Assembly (NCBI GenBank): GCA_963713045.1
Contig: CAVQKE010000007.1
Location: 546,279 to 610,278 of the forward strand
Source of the DNA: an uncultured delta proteobacterium
GTDB lineage: Bacteria > Myxococcota > Myxococcia > Myxococcales > Myxococcaceae
Direction: 5' to 3'
Length of the DNA: 64,000 nucleotides
The first letter of the stretch is position 1; each line of letters begins with the position of its first letter. Positions 30,816-40,250 of the stretch are shown here, one piece after another. Made by a program: the position numbers and the translations under genes. Below the pieces are notes generated by a model. It had not been told where the DNA came from and made no database searches. It saw only the letters and a program-made list of their open reading frames with translations.

Positions 30816-30987
30816 TTGGACCTCCTTGGAGTCGACGACAAATCCACCCCCCGCGGACTGGTGTCCCGCGGCGTGGAGGCGCACCGGCGTACCGTATGTT
30901 TAGCTGAGTCGCGAAGGCAGTTGCAGGGTTTGGGACCCACCTGCGTCGCGCGGCGCGCGCGCCAGGGCGTTGCCAACGCACCTTGCC

Positions 30988-31533
30988 TCACAGCGGCTCG
31001 ACTGCGCTCGGGGTGAGCAACCAGGTCGGACTGAGGACGACCGCCGAGCCGCCGACCAAGAGGAGTAGCCCCATGGCACCGAACTGAAGGCAGCCGAGGG
31101 CACCGGCCAGCGTTCCAATCGCCCCTGCCACGCCGAGGAACATTCGCCGTCCTTCGACCAGCGCCGTGCTTCTCCAACCAATCAGCGCACCGGCTCCGAG
31201 ACCACCCAACAGACAGCTCACCAGGCAAAGCGTCGTGCAGTCGTGAAGTCCGCACTCGATTCCGGCGCGCATCGCAATCGCGGGCACGAGAAAAGGCACC
31301 AGCCCAGCCGCTAAGCCGGGGAGGACAGCGCGGGCGCTGACGCGACGCCACAGACCCGCTCCGAGCGCAGTCAACAGCAGGCCGGCAGCCAAGAACAGAG
31401 CCGACGTCGGGTGAGGCCGACTCAACGCGTAGATGACGAGGGCCGCGGCCACCGCGGCGCCGGGCAATGCCACTCGCAGCCGGCCCATTTCGTAACTCAA
31501 GCGCAAGCGCCCGAGCAGCTCAGTCGAGTCCAT
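30988..31533 (-). CDS. Multi-TM Cys-containing protein, probable anti-sigma factor
   Basis: Start overlaps the ECF sigma 3' end; about 6 hydrophobic segments; ECGLHDCTTLCLVSC and GALGC. Confidence 0.75.
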   Translation of the reverse strand: MDSTELLGRLRLSYEMGRLRVALPGAAVAAALVIYALSRPHPTSALFLAAGLLLTALGAGLWRRVSARAVLPGLAAGLVPFLVPAIAMRAGIECGLHDCTTLCLVSCLLGGLGAGALIGWRSTALVEGRRMFLGVAGAIGTLAGALGCLQFGAMGLLLLVGGSAVVLSPTWLLTPSAVEPL

Positions 31534-32050
31534 AGCGCGTCCTCCAGGCCATTCGCAGCCGGCGTGCTGCCCGCTCGACTCGCTTCCGAAATGTCGGCCC
31601 CGGAACGGCGGGCCGAGGCTCCACCTCAATCCACGCAAGCAACGTCTTCACATCCTCCGGCTTCATCGTTCCCAGGACCTCGCTCAGACACCGACCCAGC
31701 TGCTCACGCATCGCACTCGCTTCGGCCTCGCTGTCAGCGCTGAGGGCAGCGAGCGGGACGCCCGAGGCTTCACGGCGCCGAAACTTCTTACGTGCCAGCG
31801 TTCGGCATTCGGCCGTCGCCAACGCGAGCGTCCATCCGAGCGCGTCCCCGCGGGCGTCGAAGTCGGAGACTTTGAAGAACAGCCGCTCAAGGGCCATCTG
31901 GGTTGCATCCTCCGCATCGTGCTCATTTTGAAGCATGCGTCGGCACCAACGAAGCACCACTGGGTGGAGCGCCTCGAAGACCGGTGGCAGCATGCGGCGC
32001 TCCCCGTTCGCGAGGCGAACCATCGCTGCTTGAAGCTCGTGGCGCTCCAC
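31520..32050 (-). CDS. ECF-type sigma-70 factor
   Basis: Region 2 DAEDATQMAL..LF...FD...W; degenerate region 4 TFRKRVERAARRLR. Confidence 0.85.
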   Translation of the reverse strand: MERHELQAAMVRLANGERRMLPPVFEALHPVVLRWCRRMLQNEHDAEDATQMALERLFFKVSDFDARGDALGWTLALATAECRTLARKKFRRREASGVPLAALSADSEAEASAMREQLGRCLSEVLGTMKPEDVKTLLAWIEVEPRPAVPGPTFRKRVERAARRLRMAWRTRYGLD

Positions 32051-32083
32051 CCGGTCGATTTCGCTTGGTCTCGCAGTGAGCGT

Positions 32084-32206
32084 CTAGGGGCAGAACGGAC
32101 AATGCGGGCAAAACGGGCAACAGGCACCGTGCGCCGTGGAGGCCCAAGCAGCGACTGGCAGGGCCAACCCCACCAAGAACATCAATTTCGACTTCCAGCT
32201 TCCCAT
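32084..32206 (-). CDS. Small secreted Cys-rich peptide, 40 aa (MGSWKSKLMFLVGLALPVAAWASTAHGACCPFCPHCPFCP)
   Basis: Hand-translated, absent from the ORF track; AGGAG RBS, Sec-type signal with A-W-A site, C-(CPx)3-CP tail. Confidence 0.8.
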   Translation of the reverse strand: MGSWKSKLMFLVGLALPVAAWASTAHGACCPFCPHCPFCP

Positions 32207-32309
32207 GCAGTCACTCCTGTTGAGGCGGGCCATGAGTGGCACCACTCAGCAGTGAGTGGGCACAAGGAGGCCCAAGCGTGACACCTTCGGCGCGGCACAG
32301 GCTGGCGGC

Positions 32310-35300
32310 TTAAGGCTCGGACGCTGCGGGCGATGGGACGAGGCGCCCACCGGAGGGCTGGGCTTCGGTCAGCCGCTCATCCGCCCGATGGTCCTTGGCG
32401 ATGAGGAGGTAGATGGCCGGAACGAAGAAGAGGGTGAAAACCGTCCCCACCGCCATGCCGGTCACCAGGACGAGGCCGATGCTGTTTCGAGCCGCGGCCC
32501 CAGCGCCAGTGACGAGGGTCAGGGGGAAGTGACCGGCCACGGTGGCAACGCTGGTCATGAGAATCGGCCGAAGGCGTGTCATGGCCGCCTCCTTGACCGC
32601 TTCGATTTTGACCTTGCCGGACTCCTGCAGCTGGTTCGCGAACTGGACGATGAGGATTCCGTTCTTCGAGATGAGTCCGACCAACGTCACCAGCCCCACT
32701 TGGGAGTAGATGTTGATGGTCGTCGTCCACCCGTCGGTGAAGAAATGGATTTGCGGGTTCGGCATTTTGAAGAACGTCGTAATCATCGAGCCGAAGAGCG
32801 CTAAGGGTACCGAGCCGGCAAGGATGACGAAGGGGTCTCGGAAGCTGTTGAACTGCGCCGCCAGCACGAGAAAGATGAGGACGACGGCGAGGCTGAATGC
32901 CGGCAGGAACTTGTTCCCTTCCGTCCTCAGCTGCCGCGACTCACCGGTGTAGTCGACGGTATACCCCTGGGGCAGAACGTTTTTCGCCTCAGTCTCCAGA
33001 AACTTCAGGCCGTCATCCAGCGAAGCCGCGACCCCACTGATTTTGACCGCATTGAGTTGTTGGAAGCGATTGAGGGAGCGGGGCGTGACGGTGTCACGGA
33101 TTTCCGCGATGGAGGAGAGCTTTATCAGGGCTCCGCCGGGACCGGTGACGTACAAGTCGTCCAACTGTTCCGGGTTCAGGCGGTCGACCCGCAACAGCTG
33201 AGGAATCACCTTGTAGCTCCGCCCAGAAATGCTGAAGCGGTTGACGAAGTTGCCGCCCAGCGCGGCGCTCAGGTCCTTTCCCACTGTCTGCAGGTTCAGG
33301 CCGAGCTGCGCCACTTTCTCGCGATCAATGACCAGTTCCGACTGCGGCTGATCGACCTTCACGTCGAGGATTGGCGGGAAGTAGAATTTCCCGCTGGCGG
33401 CCGCCTTGTCGGCGAGCTTTTTGGCGAACTCGAGCACCTCGGAGCTCTCCGCCGTCGAAGCAACGACAAATTCGATGGGAAAGGTCCCTCCGCCGTTCAA
33501 GGCAGGCGGGATGATGCCGAAGGTCTGAATGCCAGGGATGGCGCTCACCCTCCGCTGCAAATCGGGGAGGATTTGCGCTGCGGTCCGCTTCCGCTTGTTC
33601 CACGGCTTGAGACCGTCGCCCCAAAATCCATTCACCCCGCCGGGGAGCAGTCCGCTCGTCCCGGCCGAGGTGATTTGAAAGACGAATTGAGTTTCGGGAA
33701 TCTCTTCAACCGTTCGGTTGACCTCGCGGATGGACGGCATCAGCTGATCAAGCGTGGCGTTCGCCGGGGCATTGACCACTCCGAAAATCACGCCTTGGTC
33801 CTCGGCAGGCGCCAACTCCTTGACTGACATGTTGAACATCACGACCGCCAGAAGGGCGAGTGCCACCCAGACCATGTAGACGATGTTGCGCCTGGCAAGA
33901 ACGAAACTCAGACCCCGCCCATAGGCTTCGCGGATGCGGTTGAAGCCGTGGTTGATGAGCCTGGCCAGACCCCGCTCCTCATCGCCAGGCCTAAGCAAAT
34001 ACCTGGACATCATCGGAGACAGCGTCAGTGCGACCACGCCGGAAATGGTGACCGCGCCGGACAAGGTCAGAGCGAACTCGCGAAACAACGAACCGGTCAA
34101 TCCACCCTGGAAGGCAATGGGGCTGTAGACCGCCGCCAGGGTGATGGTCATGGCGATGATGGGACCGACCAGCTCGCGCGCTCCCACCAGCGCGGCGTTG
34201 AGTGACGACATCCCTTCGCTGATGTGACGCTCGACGTTTTCCACGACGACGATGGCGTCATCGACCACCAGACCGACGGAAAGAACGATGGCCAACAGCG
34301 TCAACAGGTTGACGGTGAAGCCGAACACCTGCATCAAAAACACGGCGCCGATGAGTGAGACTGGGATGGCGACCACCGGCACCAGCACCGAGCGCAGTGA
34401 GCCGAGGAAGAGGAAGATGACGATGACGACGATGAGCAGTGTGCCGCCGAGCGTCTTCACCACCTCATCAATCGCGCTTTGGATGTATTCGGTGGCGTCG
34501 TAGGCGAGGACGGCTTTGATTTGCTCTGGCAACTCGGTCTGCAGTTGCTTGAGTTCGACGCGGACGCGTTTGATGACGTCTAGCGAGTTGGCATTGGGCA
34601 GAGACCAAACCCCGATAAACACCGCCGTCTGGCCGTTGAACCCGACCGCCGTGTCGTAGTCCTCCGCTCCCAACACCACGTCCGCCACGTCCTTCAACCG
34701 AACCACCGCGCCGCCGGTTTCCCGGATGACCAGATTCCGGAATTCCTCCACCGAACGCAGGTCGGTGTTGGTTGTCAGGTTGACCTGAACCAAGGAACCT
34801 TTGGTTTGGCCCACCGCCGCCAGGTAGTTGTTGTCGGCCAGCGCCTGTCGGACCTGCGCCGGGCTGACGCTGAGCGCCGCCATCCGGTCCGGCTTCAGCC
34901 AGATGCGCATCGCGAAGGTGCGGGCTCCCAACAGGTCCGCCCGCTGCACGCCCTCGATGGCGGACAGCCTCGGCTGCACCACCCGGACGAGATAGTCGGT
35001 AATCTCGTTCTGCTTGAGAAACTCCGAAGAGAAACTCAGGTAGGCCGAGGCAAACTGGCTGTCGGCCGATTCGATGTTGAGGACCGGGACCTGCGCCTCG
35101 GGAGGCAAATCCCCGCGGACCTGGTCGACCTTGGAGCTGATTTCGGCCAGCGCCTTGGTGGAGTCGTAATTCAGTCGCAGGCGCGCCCGGATGAGGGACA
35201 CGCCCTGGCTGCTGGTGGATTCGATGTAGTCGATGCCGTCGGCTGCGGCGATGACCCGTTCCAAGGGGGTGGTGATGAAGCCCCGCACCAGCTCGGCACT

Positions 35301-35462
35301 GGCGCCCACGTAGACAGTGGTGACCGTCACTGCGGCATTCTCGCTCTTGGGAAACTGCCGCACGTTCAGCGACCGGATGGCCTGAAATCCGGCGATGACG
35401 ATGAGGAGATTGACCACAATGGCGATGACCGGCCGCCGGATGAAAAGGTCGGTGAACTTCAT
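32310..35462 (-). CDS. RND efflux transporter permease (AcrB/MexI-like)
   Basis: FTDLFIRRPV, GLVVDDAIVVVEN, KNGILIVQFA, RLRPILMT. Confidence 0.96.
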   Translation of the reverse strand: MKFTDLFIRRPVIAIVVNLLIVIAGFQAIRSLNVRQFPKSENAAVTVTTVYVGASAELVRGFITTPLERVIAAADGIDYIESTSSQGVSLIRARLRLNYDSTKALAEISSKVDQVRGDLPPEAQVPVLNIESADSQFASAYLSFSSEFLKQNEITDYLVRVVQPRLSAIEGVQRADLLGARTFAMRIWLKPDRMAALSVSPAQVRQALADNNYLAAVGQTKGSLVQVNLTTNTDLRSVEEFRNLVIRETGGAVVRLKDVADVVLGAEDYDTAVGFNGQTAVFIGVWSLPNANSLDVIKRVRVELKQLQTELPEQIKAVLAYDATEYIQSAIDEVVKTLGGTLLIVVIVIFLFLGSLRSVLVPVVAIPVSLIGAVFLMQVFGFTVNLLTLLAIVLSVGLVVDDAIVVVENVERHISEGMSSLNAALVGARELVGPIIAMTITLAAVYSPIAFQGGLTGSLFREFALTLSGAVTISGVVALTLSPMMSRYLLRPGDEERGLARLINHGFNRIREAYGRGLSFVLARRNIVYMVWVALALLAVVMFNMSVKELAPAEDQGVIFGVVNAPANATLDQLMPSIREVNRTVEEIPETQFVFQITSAGTSGLLPGGVNGFWGDGLKPWNKRKRTAAQILPDLQRRVSAIPGIQTFGIIPPALNGGGTFPIEFVVASTAESSEVLEFAKKLADKAAASGKFYFPPILDVKVDQPQSELVIDREKVAQLGLNLQTVGKDLSAALGGNFVNRFSISGRSYKVIPQLLRVDRLNPEQLDDLYVTGPGGALIKLSSIAEIRDTVTPRSLNRFQQLNAVKISGVAASLDDGLKFLETEAKNVLPQGYTVDYTGESRQLRTEGNKFLPAFSLAVVLIFLVLAAQFNSFRDPFVILAGSVPLALFGSMITTFFKMPNPQIHFFTDGWTTTINIYSQVGLVTLVGLISKNGILIVQFANQLQESGKVKIEAVKEAAMTRLRPILMTSVATVAGHFPLTLVTGAGAAARNSIGLVLVTGMAVGTVFTLFFVPAIYLLIAKDHRADERLTEAQPSGGRLVPSPAASEP

Positions 35463-35475
35463 GGTGCCACTCCCA

Positions 35476-36678
35476 TCAGCGGTCGGCCGGCGTCGGGGCC
35501 AGCTGCGCTGGCTCAGCGTCGTTCTTCACCACAACCGGCATCCCATTCCGAAGCTTGAAGGCGCCGTTGCTCACCACTGTCTCGCCCGCCTTGAGTCCGG
35601 AGACGACTGCCACGAAGTCCCCGCGTCGCTCTCCCACGCGGACGAAACGCTGTCTCGCAACCAGCCGAGTCTTGTCGTCCTTGTCCGGCTCCAGCACGTA
35701 GACCGAGTCGCCGAAGGGCGCAAAGAGGACGCTGGTCGCCGGAACGATGAGCGCCTGCTCGAGTTTCTCCGAAAAAACATCGACGCTTGCGTACATCCCG
35801 GGCAGGAGGGTGCCGCCCTTGTTCTCGACGGTCGCTCGCATCCGGACGTTCCGGGTGCTGGGGTCGACCTCGGGATTGATGGTGGTGACGGTGCCATCCC
35901 ACTCTCGGCCTGGAAAGACGTCGACCTTGAGGGCGATGTGTTGCCCCAACTGGACGTCTGCCAGTGCCTGCTGCGGGAGCTGAAACTCTGCGTAGATGGG
36001 TGTCACCGTCTGCAGCGAGACAATCGGCGTGCCCGCCTGGACCACCTGGCCGAGCTCGACCTGACGGATGCCGACCCGTCCGTCGAACGGTGCTCGGATG
36101 GACTTCTTGGCGATGAGCGCGCGAAGGTTGGCAACGGTGGCTGTCGTCTGAAGCGCTCGAGCCTCGGCCGCCTCGAGGTCTGCCTGGGTGTTGGTCAGGT
36201 CCTTGCGAAGCCGCTCGGCGCGCTCCAGGGTCAGCTTGGCAAGCTTCTCGTCGGCCAGAGCTCCCTCGAGTTGCGCCTGCTCCGCGGACGTATCCAGGCG
36301 AACCAGGAGCTGTCCCTGTTTGACGTTCCCGCCATTCTCGAAAGAAATCTCGCGGACGGTGCCGGTCACCTCCGCACTCAGCGTCGAGGCCCGGATGGCA
36401 ATCAAAGTCCCCACTGCTGAGCGGATAGGACGCCACTCGACGGCTTTCACCTGGGCCGAGGTGACCGCCTCCGGCGGCTGAACCATGCTTTTTCCGACCT
36501 TAATCATCGTCGCAATTTGAGCGACCTTGACTCCGGCCAGGACGACGACAATGAGGAGGACGCCCCCAACGGCCAAGAGCCAGGCGCGAAGGCGGCGGGA
36601 CTTGGGTGGCTGGTCAGAAGCCCGCAGCGACTCGGTGGGTTGCTCTTCGCGGGGTTGCGCTTCGGCAGGACGGAACAT
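35476..36678 (-). CDS. RND efflux periplasmic adaptor subunit
   Basis: N-terminal TM; VKQGQLLVRLD, IRAPFDGRVG, VDPSTRN, LLPGM, GLKAGETVV. Confidence 0.95.
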   Translation of the reverse strand: MFRPAEAQPREEQPTESLRASDQPPKSRRLRAWLLAVGGVLLIVVVLAGVKVAQIATMIKVGKSMVQPPEAVTSAQVKAVEWRPIRSAVGTLIAIRASTLSAEVTGTVREISFENGGNVKQGQLLVRLDTSAEQAQLEGALADEKLAKLTLERAERLRKDLTNTQADLEAAEARALQTTATVANLRALIAKKSIRAPFDGRVGIRQVELGQVVQAGTPIVSLQTVTPIYAEFQLPQQALADVQLGQHIALKVDVFPGREWDGTVTTINPEVDPSTRNVRMRATVENKGGTLLPGMYASVDVFSEKLEQALIVPATSVLFAPFGDSVYVLEPDKDDKTRLVARQRFVRVGERRGDFVAVVSGLKAGETVVSNGAFKLRNGMPVVVKNDAEPAQLAPTPADR

Positions 36679-36752
36679 GGTCAGGGCCCAGCGGAAAGGA
36701 GTTCGACCTCGAAATACCCGCGTTCAGCTCGGTTGGCTTGCGAAAATGTCGT

Positions 36753-36772
36753 AAGGGAACTGAAATTCCCTT
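36753..36772. promoter_or_regulatory. Inverted repeat AAGGGAA-N6-TTCCCTT, operator candidate for the RND operon
   Basis: Perfect 7-bp arms in an AT-rich patch 75 bp upstream of the adaptor start. Confidence 0.4.
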
Positions 36773-37102
36773 TTCGAGGCCCGTTTCTGCCGCACGCGCC
36801 CTCGCTAGACCCCTCAGATGCCGTCTGGAGCCGAACGTTTCGAATGCGCGCTGATTGCCTCGAGGGCTTTCACTCTGCGTGAAATCCTCGCGCCTCGCTC
36901 CAAGTCCGCTCAACGGACCCTCGACGGGGGTTCCTGGAGGGTCCAGCCGCAGACTGTCGGTTCAAGACTCGCCCGTCGACACCGGAACTTCTACCAGGGC
37001 ACCCACCAACCGGGGGGCGCTCGCCTTAAAAAACCCGTGGTGGCCTTGGTGGCAACGTCTCCCTCGTGTTGGCCGAACCCCAACTTTCCCGAAAGGCCGC
37101 GC

Positions 37103-37252
37103 ATGAATCTCCTGTGGGGAGTGGTGGCCGTTCTGGTCCTCTTGTGGATGCTCAGCTTCGCCATTCATCTCGGCGGCGCACTCATCCACCTGTTGCTGGT
37201 CGTCGCGTTGGTGGTGCTCATCGTGCGCCTGGTGAGCGGTCGGGGACCCTGA
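37103..37252 (+). CDS. Small membrane protein, lmo0937/DUF5670-like (49 aa)
   Basis: LLWGVVAVLVLLWMLSF...GGALIHLLLVVALVV.I..LVSGR. Confidence 0.85.
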   Translation: MNLLWGVVAVLVLLWMLSFAIHLGGALIHLLLVVALVVLIVRLVSGRGP

Positions 37253-37385
37253 GACTGGATGGCGTGGGCGCCACCCGTTGTTGCCGGCAGGGGTGGTGAC
37301 GTTACGCGCGTTGAGGTTGGTGTCCAGCCCGCTGCTCCATCAAAGCGGGGTAGAACCCGTGCACGACCGACCGGGAGACCCGCAC

Positions 37386-37631
37386 ATGAGCACCGAGGCA
37401 GAGTTGAAGGCTGAACTGGAGCGCCTCAAGGCTGAAAACGAGGCCCTCAAGACGCGCGGGAGCAAGGCCGTCTCGATGAAAGTCAGCGAAAAGGGCGGCG
37501 TGTCGGTCTACGGCCTGGGACGTTTTCCCGTCACCCTGTACCAGGAGCAGTGGCTCAAGCTTCTCGAAGTCGCTGAGGACATTCTCGCCTTTATTCGGGA
37601 GCACGAGAGCCAGCTCAAGAAGAAGGCGTGA
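37386..37631 (+). CDS. Small hypothetical protein with N-terminal coiled coil
   Basis: ELERLKAENEALK then KVSEKGGVSVYGLGRFPVTLYQEQW; GGAG RBS. Confidence 0.85.
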   Translation: MSTEAELKAELERLKAENEALKTRGSKAVSMKVSEKGGVSVYGLGRFPVTLYQEQWLKLLEVAEDILAFIREHESQLKKKA

Positions 37632-37781
37632 CTGGCGCCCAGCGGGAGGCGACGCCCGCGCGGCCCCCTTAAGCCTGTCGCGTGCCTCATCGGCGGGCGG
37701 CCATCAAAACATTACCCCTTCATCACCGAGTCGATATGGCGGCTTCAGCTACGAACGCGGGCTTTGCCCCTGAGTCGAGGC

Positions 37782-38286
37782 CTGCACGAACATCCATCTG
37801 GTCTCCGAGACCATCGGGAAACTGGCCAAGCAGGGGCTCATCACCAACCCCTTCCCAGAAGTCCTCGCTCCTCAACTACAAGAAGAGCCTTGAGACGACG
37901 ACCAAGTTCATCCCCAACTGGGTGAAGGTGATGGTGGCCTTCACGCTCGGTCTGGGAAGGATGGTTGGCTGGAAACGGATTGTGGTCACCGTCGGAGAGA
38001 AAATTGGCAAGGAGCACCTGACATACGCCCAGGGCGCCTCGGCAGAGATTGTCGCCATGGGCACCATCGGCATGGCCGACTATTTCGGTCTTCCGGTGAG
38101 CACCACCCACGTCCTTTCCTCCGGCGTCGCCGGACCATGTGGGCCAACCACTCCGGACTGCAGATGGGGACGTTGCGCAACCTGGTCCTGGCGTGGGTGC
38201 TGACGCTTCCGGTGTGCGTGCTCCTCGGCGCCGGCACCTTCGCGGCGGGCCTCTTTGTTGTCCTGCACCTCTTCGGGATTCCGTAG
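37782..38286 (+). pseudogene. pit: 3' remnant of a PiT-family inorganic phosphate transporter
   Basis: GWKRIVVTVGEKIGKEHLTYAQGASAE, GLPVSTTHVLSSG, then in another frame TMWANHSGLQ...AWVLTLP-stop; 5' part missing; shifts at about 37851 and 38132. Confidence 0.88.
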
Positions 38287-38686
38287 TTTCCACACCCGTG
38301 GCCGGGCGCGCTTGCCCAGCATCTACCGAGGCGGCAGGCGCACCCGAGGTTTGCACTTGAGTCTTGGCTGGGCGACGCCGCTGGCCTTCTGAGGCAGGCA
38401 CGCTTGACCGTTGGTGGTCCCGATGTGACGGACGCCACCCCGGAGGGTGTCTGTCGGAACGCCAGACGGTTCCGCACAGCTTTCAGGCCGCGTTGGCCCG
38501 CGCCTGACGCGCCGAGGGTGGAGGAGACGCCCCAGGAAGGGTGTTACCCATCGTCTCAGGCGAGGCGCAACGAGGCCTATTAATCTACTTGGCTCTCACT
38601 CTGAGGTGCTATAGGTAACTAGGCCCGCATACGGCTGCACCCCAAGTTCGGGCCAGTCGGGCCTGTTCCGGGCTTCGGGAGGGAGA

Positions 38687-39664
38687 ATGCCTGTTGCGAA
38701 AAGGGGTCTGCTTCATTCGCTGGTTGCCTGGTCGCTCGTGCTTGCGAGCACCGCCTCGGCTCAACAGTCCGCCCCGGCGGCGGCAACGGACGGGGCGACA
38801 GAGGCGGCTGGAACCGTGAACGCTTCGATGGGCGCTGACAATTCCGTGGCAAGCCAAGGGAGCGGACAGCCCTCGGACCTCACCCTGCTCAACTTCTTCA
38901 CACAAGGTTGGGGAGAGGCCTGGGTGCACCGGCATCACTTCTCGCCGGACATGTCGCTGCTTCGCGTCACGACGAACTTTTTGGAACGAGAATTCCGGGT
39001 TGACTACGTCTTCACGGCCGCCAACAACAACCCCAAGCTCGAAGACACCCAGCTTCTGCAGGGGCTCATCGCCTACGGCGTCGACCGGCGCATCATGTTG
39101 GAGGTCATCACCCAATACCAATGGAACGTCTCAGCCACGGGTGCCCCTCCGGAGAATGGGCCGGGGGGCGCGGCCCTGGTCCGCTTTCAGCTGGTGGACA
39201 CGGAGACGGCTTCCTACGCCTTTCAGTACCGCATCGGCGGACCCAACCGCTCCATCGGGCAGACGACGACTTCGATGCAGTACGCCTTGACTGGATGGCA
39301 GGACATCGGTGCCCTCGCACATGCGCTGGGTCGTTTCGGCCTCTATTACTCCTTCCAATACGAAAACGACCTTGGGCCCCACAAGGCGACCGCGACGCTG
39401 AACACCCTCACTTACGTCATCTCCGTCGCCGAGACGTGGACCCCCAGGGCAACGCCCGTCTTGGGAGACTTTACGACGTTCGTCGAGTTCGCTGGCGTCA
39501 CGGCGCTCGACGGCTCGGCAGCCGGCACCACCATCAGCATCACGCCCGGCATCCGCTTCTGGTTCCTGCCGAAGAATTCGGTCACCTTCGGCATCGACTT
39601 CCCACTGACGACGAATCCGTCCTACTCCGTCGTCTATCGGCTGAACTACATCCTCAACTTCTAA
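38687..39664 (+). CDS. Exported protein, probable outer-membrane beta-barrel
   Basis: Signal peptide (ASA-Q); amphipathic beta pattern; C-terminal YRLNYILNF. Confidence 0.75.
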   Translation: MPVAKRGLLHSLVAWSLVLASTASAQQSAPAAATDGATEAAGTVNASMGADNSVASQGSGQPSDLTLLNFFTQGWGEAWVHRHHFSPDMSLLRVTTNFLEREFRVDYVFTAANNNPKLEDTQLLQGLIAYGVDRRIMLEVITQYQWNVSATGAPPENGPGGAALVRFQLVDTETASYAFQYRIGGPNRSIGQTTTSMQYALTGWQDIGALAHALGRFGLYYSFQYENDLGPHKATATLNTLTYVISVAETWTPRATPVLGDFTTFVEFAGVTALDGSAAGTTISITPGIRFWFLPKNSVTFGIDFPLTTNPSYSVVYRLNYILNF

Positions 39665-39746
39665 GGGGCATCGACGCGCATCAGGCGTGCAGCTGTGGAA
39701 GGCTCACAGGGCGGTTCCTGCACCAGCTGACGCCTTCCGCCTCCGG

Positions 39747-40250
39747 CTAGATGGCGCGCAGCAGCGTGTCGGCGTCACTGACTTCAAACATCGCCGGCGC
39801 CTCGACGTTCAGCAGCTTGACGACGCCATTCTCGACCACCATGGCGTAGCGCTGCGAGCGGATGCCCATCCCACGGGAGGTGAGGTCCTGCTCGAGGCCG
39901 AGGGCCTTGGTCCAGGTGGCGCTCCCATCGGCCAGCATGCGCACCTTGCCGTCCGCCTTCTGGTCCCTGCCCCAGGCGCCCATCACAAACGCATCATTCA
40001 CTGAGACGCACCAAATCTCGTCCACCCCCTTGGCTCGGAATTCGTTGTACCGGGCGACATACCCTGGAACGTGTTTTCCGGAGCAGGTTGGGGTGAACGC
40101 GCCGGGGAGCCCGAAAACAATCAGCCGCTTGCCCCTGGCGAGGTCCGCCACCTTGAAACTGTTCGGGCCCACCACGCAGCCCGGGGTCTCGACTTCAATC
40201 ATCTCGGTGAGTGTTCCGTCGGGAAGTCGGTCACCAACGCGAATGGTCAT
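39747..40250 (-). CDS. Peroxiredoxin, Prx5/Ahp1 type
   Basis: LPGAFTPTCS..HVPGY, CVSVNDAFVMGAW, RSQRYAM. Confidence 0.95.
   Translation of the reverse strand: MTIRVGDRLPDGTLTEMIEVETPGCVVGPNSFKVADLARGKRLIVFGLPGAFTPTCSGKHVPGYVARYNEFRAKGVDEIWCVSVNDAFVMGAWGRDQKADGKVRMLADGSATWTKALGLEQDLTSRGMGIRSQRYAMVVENGVVKLLNVEAPAMFEVSDADTLLRAI

Noticed and set aside
30893..30920. CGTATGT upstream of mop as a ModE-type operator
   Set aside because: Only one half-site; no matching inverted half.
38568..38596. CAACG-N18-GGCTCT as a further copy of the ECF promoter motif
   Set aside because: The -35 element and spacing deviate from the four good copies.
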